In this document: positions 55,829-64,000 of the stretch, in pieces
Position numbering within the stretch: position 1 is the first letter of the stretch
Layout of the letters: the number at the start of each line of letters is the position of its first letter
DNA from: an uncultured Gemmatimonadales bacterium
GTDB lineage: Bacteria > Gemmatimonadota > Gemmatimonadetes > Gemmatimonadales > GWC2-71-9
Reading direction: 5' to 3'
Length of the DNA: 64,000 bases
Assembly (NCBI GenBank): GCA_963828735.1
Contig: CAWHFW010000002.1
Coordinates: 384,001-448,000, forward strand
Position numbers and translations under genes: made by a program
The notes under the pieces: model-generated
Told to the model about the DNA's origin: nothing
What the model saw: only the letters and a program-made list of their open reading frames with translations
The model's database searches: none

Positions 55829-56503
55829 CTACCCCAGGGTCTTGACGACGCTCTTGCTGATCGCCTTGAGGGTATCGAACACCCCCTCGCCGGTGAGTGC
55901 GACCGCCTCGAAGTAGGGGGCCCGCTCGATCCACTGGCCGTCCTGCTGCGAGATGAGATACTCGGATTCGCGATTCGGGTCCGGCGTCACCTTCTGCTTC
56001 GCCGGCTCGTCCAGCGGCCACCCCGGGTTGAGCGCGGCCTGCAGCTCGGCGACCGGCGCGGCGTTCGGCAGGTCGCGCTTGTTGTACTGGACGGCGAACG
56101 GGATCTTGGTGAGGTCGTACCCATGCTGGGTCATGTTCTCGTACAGGTTCTGCATGGCCTCGATGTTCGCGTCCATCCGCTCGATCTGGCTGTCGGCCAC
56201 GAACACCACGCCGTCCACGCCCTTGAGGATCAGCTTGCGGGAGGCGTTGTAGTACACCTGCCCCGGCACGGTGTACAGGTGGAACTTGACCTTGAAGCCG
56301 CGGATGGTGCCGAGGTCGACCGGCAGAAAGTCGAAGAACAGGGTGCGCTCGGTCTCGGTAGCGAGCGAGATCATCTTGCCACGCGACCCCGGGGCGACCT
56401 TGTTGTAGACGAATTCGAGGTTCGTCGTCTTGCCGCCGAGCCCCGGCCCGTAGTACACGAGCTTGCAGTTGATCTCGCGCGAGGCGTAGTTGATCATCGA
56501 CAT
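55829..56503 (-). CDS. mglA: MglA small Ras-like GTPase
   Basis: [26 protein letters not shown]. Confidence 0.93.
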   Translation of the reverse strand: MSMINYASREINCKLVYYGPGLGGKTTNLEFVYNKVAPGSRGKMISLATETERTLFFDFLPVDLGTIRGFKVKFHLYTVPGQVYYNASRKLILKGVDGVVFVADSQIERMDANIEAMQNLYENMTQHGYDLTKIPFAVQYNKRDLPNAAPVAELQAALNPGWPLDEPAKQKVTPDPNRESEYLISQQDGQWIERAPYFEAVALTGEGVFDTLKAISKSVVKTLG

Positions 56504-56517
56504 GCCAGCGGTCTCCC

Positions 56518-57009
56518 TCAGGCCCCGAAGAGTTTGTCGATCTCGTCTTCCGCCTCGCCGAGGAACTCCGACGCCACCCCCGGCGCGCTCGTGCCGTCCC
56601 GGTTGAACATGTCCGTGAACACCTGCGTCAGCTGTCCCACCGCCGCCTTCACCCGCAGCTTGACCAGTCCCAACGTCGTGCGGTTGTCGAACAGGACTAC
56701 CAGGATGACCCGGCGAGCAACGTCCGCGAGGTACATCGATTCACGCTCGCCCTGATGGAACAGCGCGCCGAACTCCGGCTCGCCAAGCATCCGGGCGAGC
56801 TGATCGTTGGCGCTGAAGTCGGCCGCGGTGAGCGAGGCAAAGGCCGTCGGATCGAACTGCGGCGACTCGCCGACCGTGGCGACCATCTGGCCGGTGCGAT
56901 CCACGATGAGGGCGGTCCGGGCGTTCGATTCCGCGAGAAAGCCGCTCAGGATGCCCTGGATGGCTCGCGAATCGTCCTCGCGGAACGACCAGCTCGATGC
57001 ACCGCTCAT
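56518..57009 (-). CDS. mglB: MglB roadblock/LC7 GAP
   Basis: [21 protein letters not shown], acidic C-terminal helix; adjacent to mglA. Confidence 0.9.
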   Translation of the reverse strand: MSGASSWSFREDDSRAIQGILSGFLAESNARTALIVDRTGQMVATVGESPQFDPTAFASLTAADFSANDQLARMLGEPEFGALFHQGERESMYLADVARRVILVVLFDNRTTLGLVKLRVKAAVGQLTQVFTDMFNRDGTSAPGVASEFLGEAEDEIDKLFGA

Positions 57010-57019
57010 CGGACCAGCC

Positions 57020-57289
57020 TCATGCCAGGGTAGCCTCCAGCCCACGCAGGATCGCCATGGCGCGACGGCGAAGCACGGGCTGCCGCTCCCAGGCGAGATA
57101 GTCGCGGAGGAGGCGGATCGTATCGATGCCCGCCTGACCCGCGAGATAGCCGAGCGCGGCCAGCCGACGGAGCGGGCGCGGGCTGAAGAGGTCGCGCTGA
57201 TGCGTCGCCAGGCGCCGCTGCGCCAGCGCCCACCCTGCCATCGCGCCGACCGCGAGTCCGCCGACGAAGAGCACCGCGCGCGACTTCAT
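57020..57289 (-). CDS. Small hypothetical membrane protein
   Basis: N-terminal TM; fills the gap between recR and mglB. Confidence 0.65.
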   Translation of the reverse strand: MKSRAVLFVGGLAVGAMAGWALAQRRLATHQRDLFSPRPLRRLAALGYLAGQAGIDTIRLLRDYLAWERQPVLRRRAMAILRGLEATLA

Positions 57290-57879
57290 CAGGACAACTC
57301 CTGCCGCGCGACGAGCGCGTGTGCCAGGGTGACGCCGTCGACATACTCGAGATCGCCGCCGACAGGCAGCCCGCGGGCGAGACGGGTGACGCGCACGCCG
57401 TGCCCCGCGAGCAGCTGCTGGATGTAGGTCGCGGTGACTTCGCCCTCCATGGACGGATTGGTGGCGAGGATGACCTCGCGCACTACCCCGTCCCGGACGC
57501 GCGCCACCAGGTGGTCCAGCCGAAGGGCCTCGGGCCCGATGCCGTCCAGCGGCGATAGCCGACCGCCCAGCACATGGTACCGGCCGCGGAAATCCGTGGA
57601 GCGATCCACTACGGCCACGGTGGAGGCCTCCTCGACCACGCAGAGCACCGCCGGATCGCGCCGCGGATCACGGCAGATGGCGCACGGCTGCTCTTCCGTG
57701 AGATTGCCGCATTCCTCGCACGGCCGCACACGCTCGCTCACGGCCACCAACGCGGACGCGAGCCGCCCCGCCTGTTCGGGGGGTTGTTGGAGCAAATGGA
57801 AAGTGAGACGTTGGGCCGTCTTGCGGCCGATCCCGGGCAGCCTGGCCAGCTCCGTGATCAGCGCTTCGATCGCGCTCAC
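57289..57879 (-). CDS. recR: Recombination protein RecR
   Basis: LPGIGRKTA, C4 Zn finger, ATNPSMEGE. Confidence 0.95.
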   Translation of the reverse strand: MSAIEALITELARLPGIGRKTAQRLTFHLLQQPPEQAGRLASALVAVSERVRPCEECGNLTEEQPCAICRDPRRDPAVLCVVEEASTVAVVDRSTDFRGRYHVLGGRLSPLDGIGPEALRLDHLVARVRDGVVREVILATNPSMEGEVTATYIQQLLAGHGVRVTRLARGLPVGGDLEYVDGVTLAHALVARQELS

Positions 57880-57881
57880 CG

Positions 57882-58187
57882 TCAGCCGGCGACGAACGGC
57901 AGCGTAGGGACCTTCCGCATCTCGGCCTGCAGGAGGTCGGCCGCGCGACGCTGCGCCTCGGCCACCGCCGCCGTCACCAGGTCGCCGAGGAACTCGGCGT
58001 CGTGTCCTTCAAAGACGGCGGGGTCGATGACGACGGCATGCACGGTGCCGCGGCCATCGGCGGTGACACGCACCATGCCCCCGCCCGCCGTGGTCTCGAT
58101 CGTGCGCCCGGCGAGCTCGGACTGGAGTTGCTGCAGCCGGCCCTGCATCTGCTGGCCCAGCTGGAAGAGCTGCTGAAGATCTGCCAT
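57882..58187 (-). CDS. ybaB: YbaB/EbfC nucleoid-associated protein
   Basis: AGGGMVRV, DLVTAA; between dnaX and recR. Confidence 0.88.
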   Translation of the reverse strand: MADLQQLFQLGQQMQGRLQQLQSELAGRTIETTAGGGMVRVTADGRGTVHAVVIDPAVFEGHDAEFLGDLVTAAVAEAQRRAADLLQAEMRKVPTLPFVAG

Positions 58188-58248
58188 GCTATCGGGTAGT
58201 CCGGCCATTGACCCGGCAAAGTAAAGGGACTGGGATTCCGCGGGCAAG

Positions 58249-59934
58249 CTAATCCACGATCTCCAAATCTAACGCATCGGCGGCAGTGTCGAGGCTCGGA
58301 TCCTTCGATCGAAAGCCCCGCAGCCGGTCGGCCTTGATGGTGGCCTCCGTGAGCTTGCGCGGGGCGGGTGCCGGGGTGCTCTCCCCAGGTGCCGCTTCGA
58401 CCACGCGGAGACGCGCCGGCACCCCGAGCGCCCGCTCGAGCACCTCCTCCACCGCTCGAGCCTGCGCCTGCAACCGCTCGGCGAACAAGGGGTTGGGCTC
58501 GGCGAGCTCGACGGTGAGCCAGGGGACCTCGAGCGCGATCGGCGTCGTGGCCGCCAGCGCCTCGCCCAGGAAGCGGCTCCGGGCCCGGACCTCCGCCACA
58601 AGCTCGGGCCACGCGACGCGAACCGCGTCCAGGGCGGCGGGTACGCGCTCGACGACCGACGTCGGTGCCGTCCCCGGCGACGGGCGAGGGGTGGCTGGGG
58701 CCGGGTTGGGAGTCGGGGCCGTGCTCGCCGGTGGTCCGGACGGCGCCGAACGGGGCACAGACGTAGGCTTCTGGGCCGGCGATCCACCCGTCCCCCCTGA
58801 GCCCGGTCCGGTGCCGAGCACCTGGGCGAGGTCCACGATCCGGTCCAGCATGGTCCACCGGAGCAGCAAGGTCTCGACGATCAGGCGGGGATTGGCGCTC
58901 CGGCGGATGGCTGTCTCGCTGTCGGCGAGCAGCCGGAGCATCCGGAGCACGTCACCCGCCTCCAGCCGGTCGCGATAGGATGCGAGCGAGTGCCGCATGG
59001 CCTCCGTCAGCCCCTCCGGCTCGTTACCGAGCTGCACCATCAGGAGGGCCCGCAAGGTCTCACCCGCCCCACCCATGAACTCCGCCAAGTCGGCGCCCGC
59101 GTTGACCAAACGGTCCACCAGCGGGAAGACGCCGGCCGGCTGCCGCTCCACCACGAGCGCCAGGATCTCGGCGTAGAGCTCGTCGCCCACCAGCCCGAGG
59201 ACCTCGCGCACCCGTTCGGCCGTGACCGCCCCTTCCCCGAAGCTCAGACACTGATCCAACACGCTCAGCGCGTCGCGCATGCCGCCGTCGGCGTGCCGAG
59301 CGATGAGCGTAAGGGCGTCGTCGTCCGCAGCGATGCCTTCCGCATCGAGCACCTGCCGCATCCGGTCCCGGATCGCGGCCGGACCGATCCGCCGGAAATC
59401 GAACCGCTGGAGCCGCGACAGCACCGGCGCCGCGGCGGCGGCGATCTTCTGCGGCTCGGTGGTGGCGAAGACGAACACGACGCGCGGCGGCGGCTCCTCG
59501 AGCACCTTGAGGAGTGCGTTCCATGCCTCACGGGTCAACATGTGGGCCTCGTCCACGATGTAGACCTTGTAGTGGCCTTCGCGCGACGCGGCGTACATCG
59601 CGCGCTCCCGGAGGTCCCGGGCGTCGTCCACGCCGCGGTTGCTGGCGGCGTCGATCTCCACCACATCGAGATTGGCCGTGCCGCTCCAGACCCGGGTGCA
59701 GTTCTCGCACTCGCCGCAGGGATCACCCTCGGCGTCGCGGTTCGGGCAGTTGAGCGCCATGGCGAGGATGCGGGCGGCGGTGGTCTTTCCGACCCCGCGC
59801 GGACCGGTGAGCAGGTAGCCGTGTCCGACGCGGCCGCGAGCGACGGCGCCCCGCAGGACGGCCGCGACGTGGTCCTGAACGAGCAGGTCGGCGAATCGCT
59901 TGGGACGGTAGCGGCGTGCGAGCGCGATGGTCAT
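58249..59934 (-). CDS. dnaX: DNA polymerase III subunit gamma/tau
   Basis: ARRYRP, GPRGVGKTT, EIDAAS, DEAHML, EEPP. Confidence 0.95.
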   Translation of the reverse strand: MTIALARRYRPKRFADLLVQDHVAAVLRGAVARGRVGHGYLLTGPRGVGKTTAARILAMALNCPNRDAEGDPCGECENCTRVWSGTANLDVVEIDAASNRGVDDARDLRERAMYAASREGHYKVYIVDEAHMLTREAWNALLKVLEEPPPRVVFVFATTEPQKIAAAAAPVLSRLQRFDFRRIGPAAIRDRMRQVLDAEGIAADDDALTLIARHADGGMRDALSVLDQCLSFGEGAVTAERVREVLGLVGDELYAEILALVVERQPAGVFPLVDRLVNAGADLAEFMGGAGETLRALLMVQLGNEPEGLTEAMRHSLASYRDRLEAGDVLRMLRLLADSETAIRRSANPRLIVETLLLRWTMLDRIVDLAQVLGTGPGSGGTGGSPAQKPTSVPRSAPSGPPASTAPTPNPAPATPRPSPGTAPTSVVERVPAALDAVRVAWPELVAEVRARSRFLGEALAATTPIALEVPWLTVELAEPNPLFAERLQAQARAVEEVLERALGVPARLRVVEAAPGESTPAPAPRKLTEATIKADRLRGFRSKDPSLDTAADALDLEIVD

Positions 59935-59953
59935 TGGGCGGAGGGAAAAGAAA

Positions 59954-60055
59954 GTGCCTCAGGCTCCCCGAAGCGACACCGGGCATCGCTTAGCGCTGCT
60001 ACCGGCGAGGTCCTGACGCGGTTCACGCGCCGGCGCCCTTCGGACCTGAGGCACC
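59954..60055 (-). ncRNA. ffs: Signal recognition particle RNA (4.5S)
   Basis: Terminal stem GUGCCUCAGG/CCUGAGGCAC; core GAACCGCGUCAGG...AGCAGCGCUAAGCG; upstream of dnaX; TATATT -10 upstream and U-tract downstream. Confidence 0.9.
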
Positions 60056-60089
60056 AGCAATATATACCGCCACCGGCGCCGAGGGAACT

Positions 60090-60596
60090 CTATTTGGCGG
60101 GTGGAGGCGGCTGGTTGGAGCTGTACATGTCCACCGCGTATTGCCAGCGGCCGTCGCCCTGGCGGCGGAGCACCTCGACAAATTTGCCCTCTTCGTGGAA
60201 AGCCCGGGCTCCGGCTGCCTTGGGTGTGGCGTCCAGTGTGTAGTGCCCCCGGGCATACGCCAGGTCACCCCGGCCCTCGATCTCGTCCGCGCTCGCCGCC
60301 AGGGTCACCTGGTAGGCATCCAAGAAGGCCTTCCAGAATTTCTGGATCGCCTCCCGCCCTTCGATGGGTGGCGCATTGGGCGGCAACAGGTGGGCGTCCG
60401 GCAGGTAGGTCGCGGCAACCCCGGCAGCGTCGCCCGCGCTGACCGCCCCGGCGAAGGTCGAGTCGGCGGCGCGGATCGCGGCGATGTCGGCGGCGGCGAG
60501 CAGCGGGCCGCCGCCATCGTCACTCGGCGCACGCTCCGCAGGAGCGGGGCTGCAGCCTGCTACCAAAACCAGGGCGAGACCGATCGGGCGAAGCAT
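60090..60596 (-). CDS. DUF4440 / NTF2-like lipoprotein
   Basis: LVAGC lipobox; LLPPNAP.IEGREAI; GDLAY; DGRW. Confidence 0.8.
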   Translation of the reverse strand: MLRPIGLALVLVAGCSPAPAERAPSDDGGGPLLAAADIAAIRAADSTFAGAVSAGDAAGVAATYLPDAHLLPPNAPPIEGREAIQKFWKAFLDAYQVTLAASADEIEGRGDLAYARGHYTLDATPKAAGARAFHEEGKFVEVLRRQGDGRWQYAVDMYSSNQPPPPAK

Positions 60597-60631
60597 GGGA
60601 CCTCCCGCTCGAGAGGCGGCTGGCCCACGGG

Positions 60632-61570
60632 TCAGCCGAGGATGATGCGTTGCCGCTGCTGCATCCGGCGCAGCTCCCAGGTCTCGGCAACCACGCCGCC
60701 GAGGAGGAAGACGATGGCCGTGTAGTAGATCCACAGAATGAACAGGACCGCGGCGCCGATGTTGGCATCGCCGACCGCACTTTCCACCGACGCGAAGTGC
60801 GCCAGATACAGCCCGTACAGGCGCTTGGCGACCTCGAACAGCACAGCGGTGAAGCTGGAGGCCAGCAGGGCGGTCCGCCAGGGGAGCCGGCGGAGCGAGG
60901 CATAGCGGTAGGTGACGTAGAAGAGCGAGATCGAGAAGGCGAACGCCACCAGCTCGCCCAGCAGGCGGCCTATGGTCGAGAAGAAGAACGCGAACTGCGG
61001 AATCACGCGCTCGGAGCCTCTGGCCCAGGCGATGGTCACCAGGGTGCTGAAGGCGGTATTGACCAGGAAAAGGAACACGGTGGCCACCACCATTGAGATG
61101 TCCCGCGCCTTGGCCGCCACCCAGGTCAGCACGAAGTGCCGCGGCGCCGCCGGTCGCGCCGAGACGTCATAGATGTCGTTCAGGGAGGTCCGCACGCCCG
61201 CGAAGAGGCGAGTGCTGAACCAGATGAACGCGGGCACCGCGTAGAGCGAGATCTGCCCGCGGTTCTGGCTGACTCCGATGAGCAGCCGCTCGACGAGCGC
61301 GAAGGGATCACGGCCAGGCGCCGAGGTGTGCGGAGGAAAGAAGCGATGAAACAGCGCGGTCGGATTGACGGCCGGCCCGCCCGCGACGGCCTGCGCGAGA
61401 TGCGTCAGTCCGATGAGCACGAGGAGGACGAACGGCACGGCCGCCAGGAGCGCGTCGAACGTCAGCGCGCTCGCCAAGAACGGGATGTTGTTTTCGTCGG
61501 CGGCCTGCAGGGTACGGCGAAGGAAGCCGGCGGGCGTCCGGTGCCACCCGCCGGGCCGGAGCCGCTTCAG
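60632..61570 (-). CDS. YihY/BrkB family membrane protein
   Basis: ASALTF, SLNDIY, LFEVAK, LWIYY; start uncertain. Confidence 0.8.
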   Translation of the reverse strand: MKRLRPGGWHRTPAGFLRRTLQAADENNIPFLASALTFDALLAAVPFVLLVLIGLTHLAQAVAGGPAVNPTALFHRFFPPHTSAPGRDPFALVERLLIGVSQNRGQISLYAVPAFIWFSTRLFAGVRTSLNDIYDVSARPAAPRHFVLTWVAAKARDISMVVATVFLFLVNTAFSTLVTIAWARGSERVIPQFAFFFSTIGRLLGELVAFAFSISLFYVTYRYASLRRLPWRTALLASSFTAVLFEVAKRLYGLYLAHFASVESAVGDANIGAAVLFILWIYYTAIVFLLGGVVAETWELRRMQQRQRIILG

Positions 61571-61971
61571 GCGAGCGGCTCCTCGAGGTCGCCCACGGCG
61601 CGGCGGCGGGCGCGCGACTCGGCGAGCCGGCGCTCCAGCTCGTCCCGCGCGCTGCCGCTCGAGGCCCGCGGCCGGAGCGGCGGCGGCTCGCCGAGATCGT
61701 CGAGCTCGTCCTCGTCGTCGTCGGTCAGGTCCTGGAGCGCCTCCCGGCCGCTCGAGAACTGCTGGGCAAGCTCGTCCAGCTTCTCTTCGGTGACGGCCCG
61801 GAGCTTCCACAATTTCCGCTGCAAGACCCGGCGGGTCTCCTCACCGGTGCGCGGCGCGTAGAGCAAGGCCAGGCCCGCACCAAGCACCGCTCCCCAGAAC
61901 AACCACTTGGCGGAGGCGTCGCCCCCGCGCTCGACATACACGACCTCGCGACCGCCTTTGCGTCGTACCAT
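61567..61971 (-). CDS. YtxH-domain protein
   Basis: GAVLGAGLALLYAPRTGEETR. Confidence 0.85.
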   Translation of the reverse strand: MVRRKGGREVVYVERGGDASAKWLFWGAVLGAGLALLYAPRTGEETRRVLQRKLWKLRAVTEEKLDELAQQFSSGREALQDLTDDDEDELDDLGEPPPLRPRASSGSARDELERRLAESRARRRAVGDLEEPLA

Positions 61972-61980
61972 TCGTTCCTC

Positions 61981-63399
61981 CTATTCCCCCGCGTCGGGAT
62001 CGTCCTCGGCCGCGACCAGCGCCGGCCGGAGCGCCGCGTGGTGCTGCATCGGCGCCTGGACGAAACGATTGATGTCCTTCTCGGTACCGTTGACGTTGAG
62101 CTGCTCGAACAGGAAGGCGAACGTGCGCTCCAGATCCGCGGCGATGGCCGCGCGGACGTCCTCATCAAGCGACCAGAAGTCGCGCTTGAACGGCCCGATC
62201 GCCTTCTTCCGGGCCTTGTAGTAGAACTGCTCGTCGGTATCGCCGCTCTTCCGCTCGCTCGCGGCGTTCTCGTCGAGCCAGCGCCGTACGCGATCCCGCA
62301 GGTCGGTCGGGAGCCTGGGGTGATCGAGTACGATGTTCTGGAAGTTGGTGGCGAGGTGAATTTCCGCCGTCTCGATGCGGGGAAAATTGCCGAAGGCGTT
62401 CGGCGGCAACGTACTGGCGCCGTGCTGCACCGCGCCGGCCAGCCCGTACTCCTCGCGCGCCGCCTTGGAGAGGGCGGCCAGCGCCTGGAGGTCGAGCTTC
62501 ACATCCGCGATCGAGCCGTCCGGCAGCACCACACCCCCATGGGACGTGCCGGTCTGAACCGAGATCTTGCTGATGCCGGTGAGCTTCCCGCCCCGCCCGG
62601 CCAGCGAGCGGACATAGCCCTTCATGAAGGCGTGCAGCTCCTCCACGGTGCTGTTCTTCATGCCGACTTCGCCGATCTCGGCACCCACGGAGACGGTGAC
62701 GCCGTCGGGCTCGTGCGCGCGGATGAAGGCGGTGATATCGGCGGCGCGCTCGAAGTTGAGCCGCTGCTGCGCGTCGAGGCCTTCGTGCGAGAGATCCACC
62801 AGCGTCGAGGTGTCGACGTCGACGTTGTAGAACCCCGCGCCGATTTCCTCGGCGACGAGCTTCTTCACCTCGCCGACTTCGCCTTCCGGATCGCTCTGGT
62901 ACTTCTTCTGGTTGACCTGGCAGTGGTCACCCTGGATGAACAGCGGAAGAACGTAGCCTTCGCGCAGCGCCGCGGCGATCAGCACCGCGACATACTCCGC
63001 GGGACGCTGGTCGGTGTAGGCGATCTCGGACCGGGCGATCTCGAGCAGGATCGCGCCGGCCTTGCCCGTTCGGGCGGCGCGGAAGACGGCGCGCGCCGTA
63101 TCGTACGCCATCATGCGGACGTTGATGGCGGGAACCGTGAATCCGCTCACGTCGCCCCGTCCACGCGCTTCGTAGAGTCCCTGGATCGACGCGGGCCGGG
63201 CGCCCGTCACCTGCCCCAGCTCCCACAGAAGCCACCGGGCCGCCTCCTTGGCGTCGCCGGACCCGAATACCGCCTGCCAGACCAGGCGATCGGTCGCGGG
63301 GCCGCGGAGCCGCGCCGGATCGCGTACCGTCACGCCTCCGGGCACCTGCGTCACGGCTCCGTCAAACAACCCGATCGCCCGTTGGATCTCGTCGGCCAT
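61981..63399 (-). CDS. fba: Class II fructose-bisphosphate aldolase-like protein
   Basis: VPAIN, QGDH, EIGEVG, GTSHG, QHGAS; next to pgi. Confidence 0.75.
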   Translation of the reverse strand: MADEIQRAIGLFDGAVTQVPGGVTVRDPARLRGPATDRLVWQAVFGSGDAKEAARWLLWELGQVTGARPASIQGLYEARGRGDVSGFTVPAINVRMMAYDTARAVFRAARTGKAGAILLEIARSEIAYTDQRPAEYVAVLIAAALREGYVLPLFIQGDHCQVNQKKYQSDPEGEVGEVKKLVAEEIGAGFYNVDVDTSTLVDLSHEGLDAQQRLNFERAADITAFIRAHEPDGVTVSVGAEIGEVGMKNSTVEELHAFMKGYVRSLAGRGGKLTGISKISVQTGTSHGGVVLPDGSIADVKLDLQALAALSKAAREEYGLAGAVQHGASTLPPNAFGNFPRIETAEIHLATNFQNIVLDHPRLPTDLRDRVRRWLDENAASERKSGDTDEQFYYKARKKAIGPFKRDFWSLDEDVRAAIAADLERTFAFLFEQLNVNGTEKDINRFVQAPMQHHAALRPALVAAEDDPDAGE

Positions 63400-63593
63400 G
63401 TCTCGACACCCTCGTGATTTCAGAGGCTCAGCACGTTGGTAAAGGTAGGCCGGGACGTGAAGAGCGTCAAACAATCCGGCGGGTCGAAGCTCCTGCCGCA
63501 GCCGGAGCGTGCGGCTTCCGTCCGCAACCGGCGTTCCTTGCCCCACGAGCCCGGCTCACCGTCGACCTGCCGAAGCGTGGCAGCGACCGGGGC

Positions 63594-64000
63594 TCACACG
63601 ATGTCGGAATCCTGCCCCTGCGCGGGCTGGGCGTGGGCCTCGTAGCCGGGTCGTCCCATCGCCGCATAGGTGAGCTGCTTGCCAAGTTCGACACCGGGCT
63701 GATCGAACGGATCGATTCCGTAGAAGACGCCGCCATACCCGGTCGCGATCTGGAAGAACATCACAGCCTCGCCGAACGTGTCGGCATTCAGCTTCGGCAA
63801 CCGGAGGGTGCAGCTCATGCGCCCCATCTGCGCCAGCGCGGTCGCCGTGGCCTCGTACTCGGCCCGCAACAACGCGCCGAGGGAGTGGCCTGACAGGTAC
63901 GCGAGGTCGGCGGGCAGTGGGGCGATTCCGGGGATGTCTTCCGGCGGCGGCGGGATGGGCACGTCGTCGCCGAGGTCGTCCACGACGACGAACGTGATCA
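63594..64000 (-). CDS. pgi: Glucose-6-phosphate isomerase (C-terminal part)
   Basis: GIDPFDQPGVELGK. Confidence 0.9.
   Translation of the reverse strand, partial: ITFVVVDDLGDDVPIPPPPEDIPGIAPLPADLAYLSGHSLGALLRAEYEATATALAQMGRMSCTLRLPKLNADTFGEAVMFFQIATGYGGVFYGIDPFDQPGVELGKQLTYAAMGRPGYEAHAQPAQGQDSDIV

Noticed and set aside
58249..59934. dnaX gamma/tau frameshift or slippage site
   Set aside because: No A-AAA-AAG heptamer or poly-A run seen in the coding strand

Overview
High-GC bacterial chromosomal window. Gene content and synteny (mglBA next to recR/dnaX, bshB1, Lnb, NtrY/NtrX-like pair) suggest Gemmatimonadota; this is inference. It is mostly housekeeping: ctpA, tmk, prmC, prfA, rpmE, yajQ, a sigma-70 factor, arfB, a ComM/YifB ATPase, iscS, mnmA, ppk1, dnaJ, grpE, cinA, pgsA, mglBA, recR, ybaB, dnaX, SRP RNA, fba and pgi. 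It also holds a TolC-MacA-ATPase exporter with four MacB-type permeases and a small accessory block (26.3-31.8 kb). The most striking element is the methionine operon at 12.56-16.85 kb. A sigma-70 promoter is followed by a SAM-II-like riboswitch, an unannotated 32-aa Cys/Met-rich leader peptide and an intrinsic terminator. These precede metY, a short aspartokinase, a clade-D beta-carbonic anhydrase (possible COS hydrolase supplying H2S) and metX. Many single-base frameshifts (dense at 41.6-52.3 kb, also near 15413 and 20431) look like consensus errors rather than real pseudogenes. No tRNA, rRNA, CRISPR array, IS element or prophage was seen.
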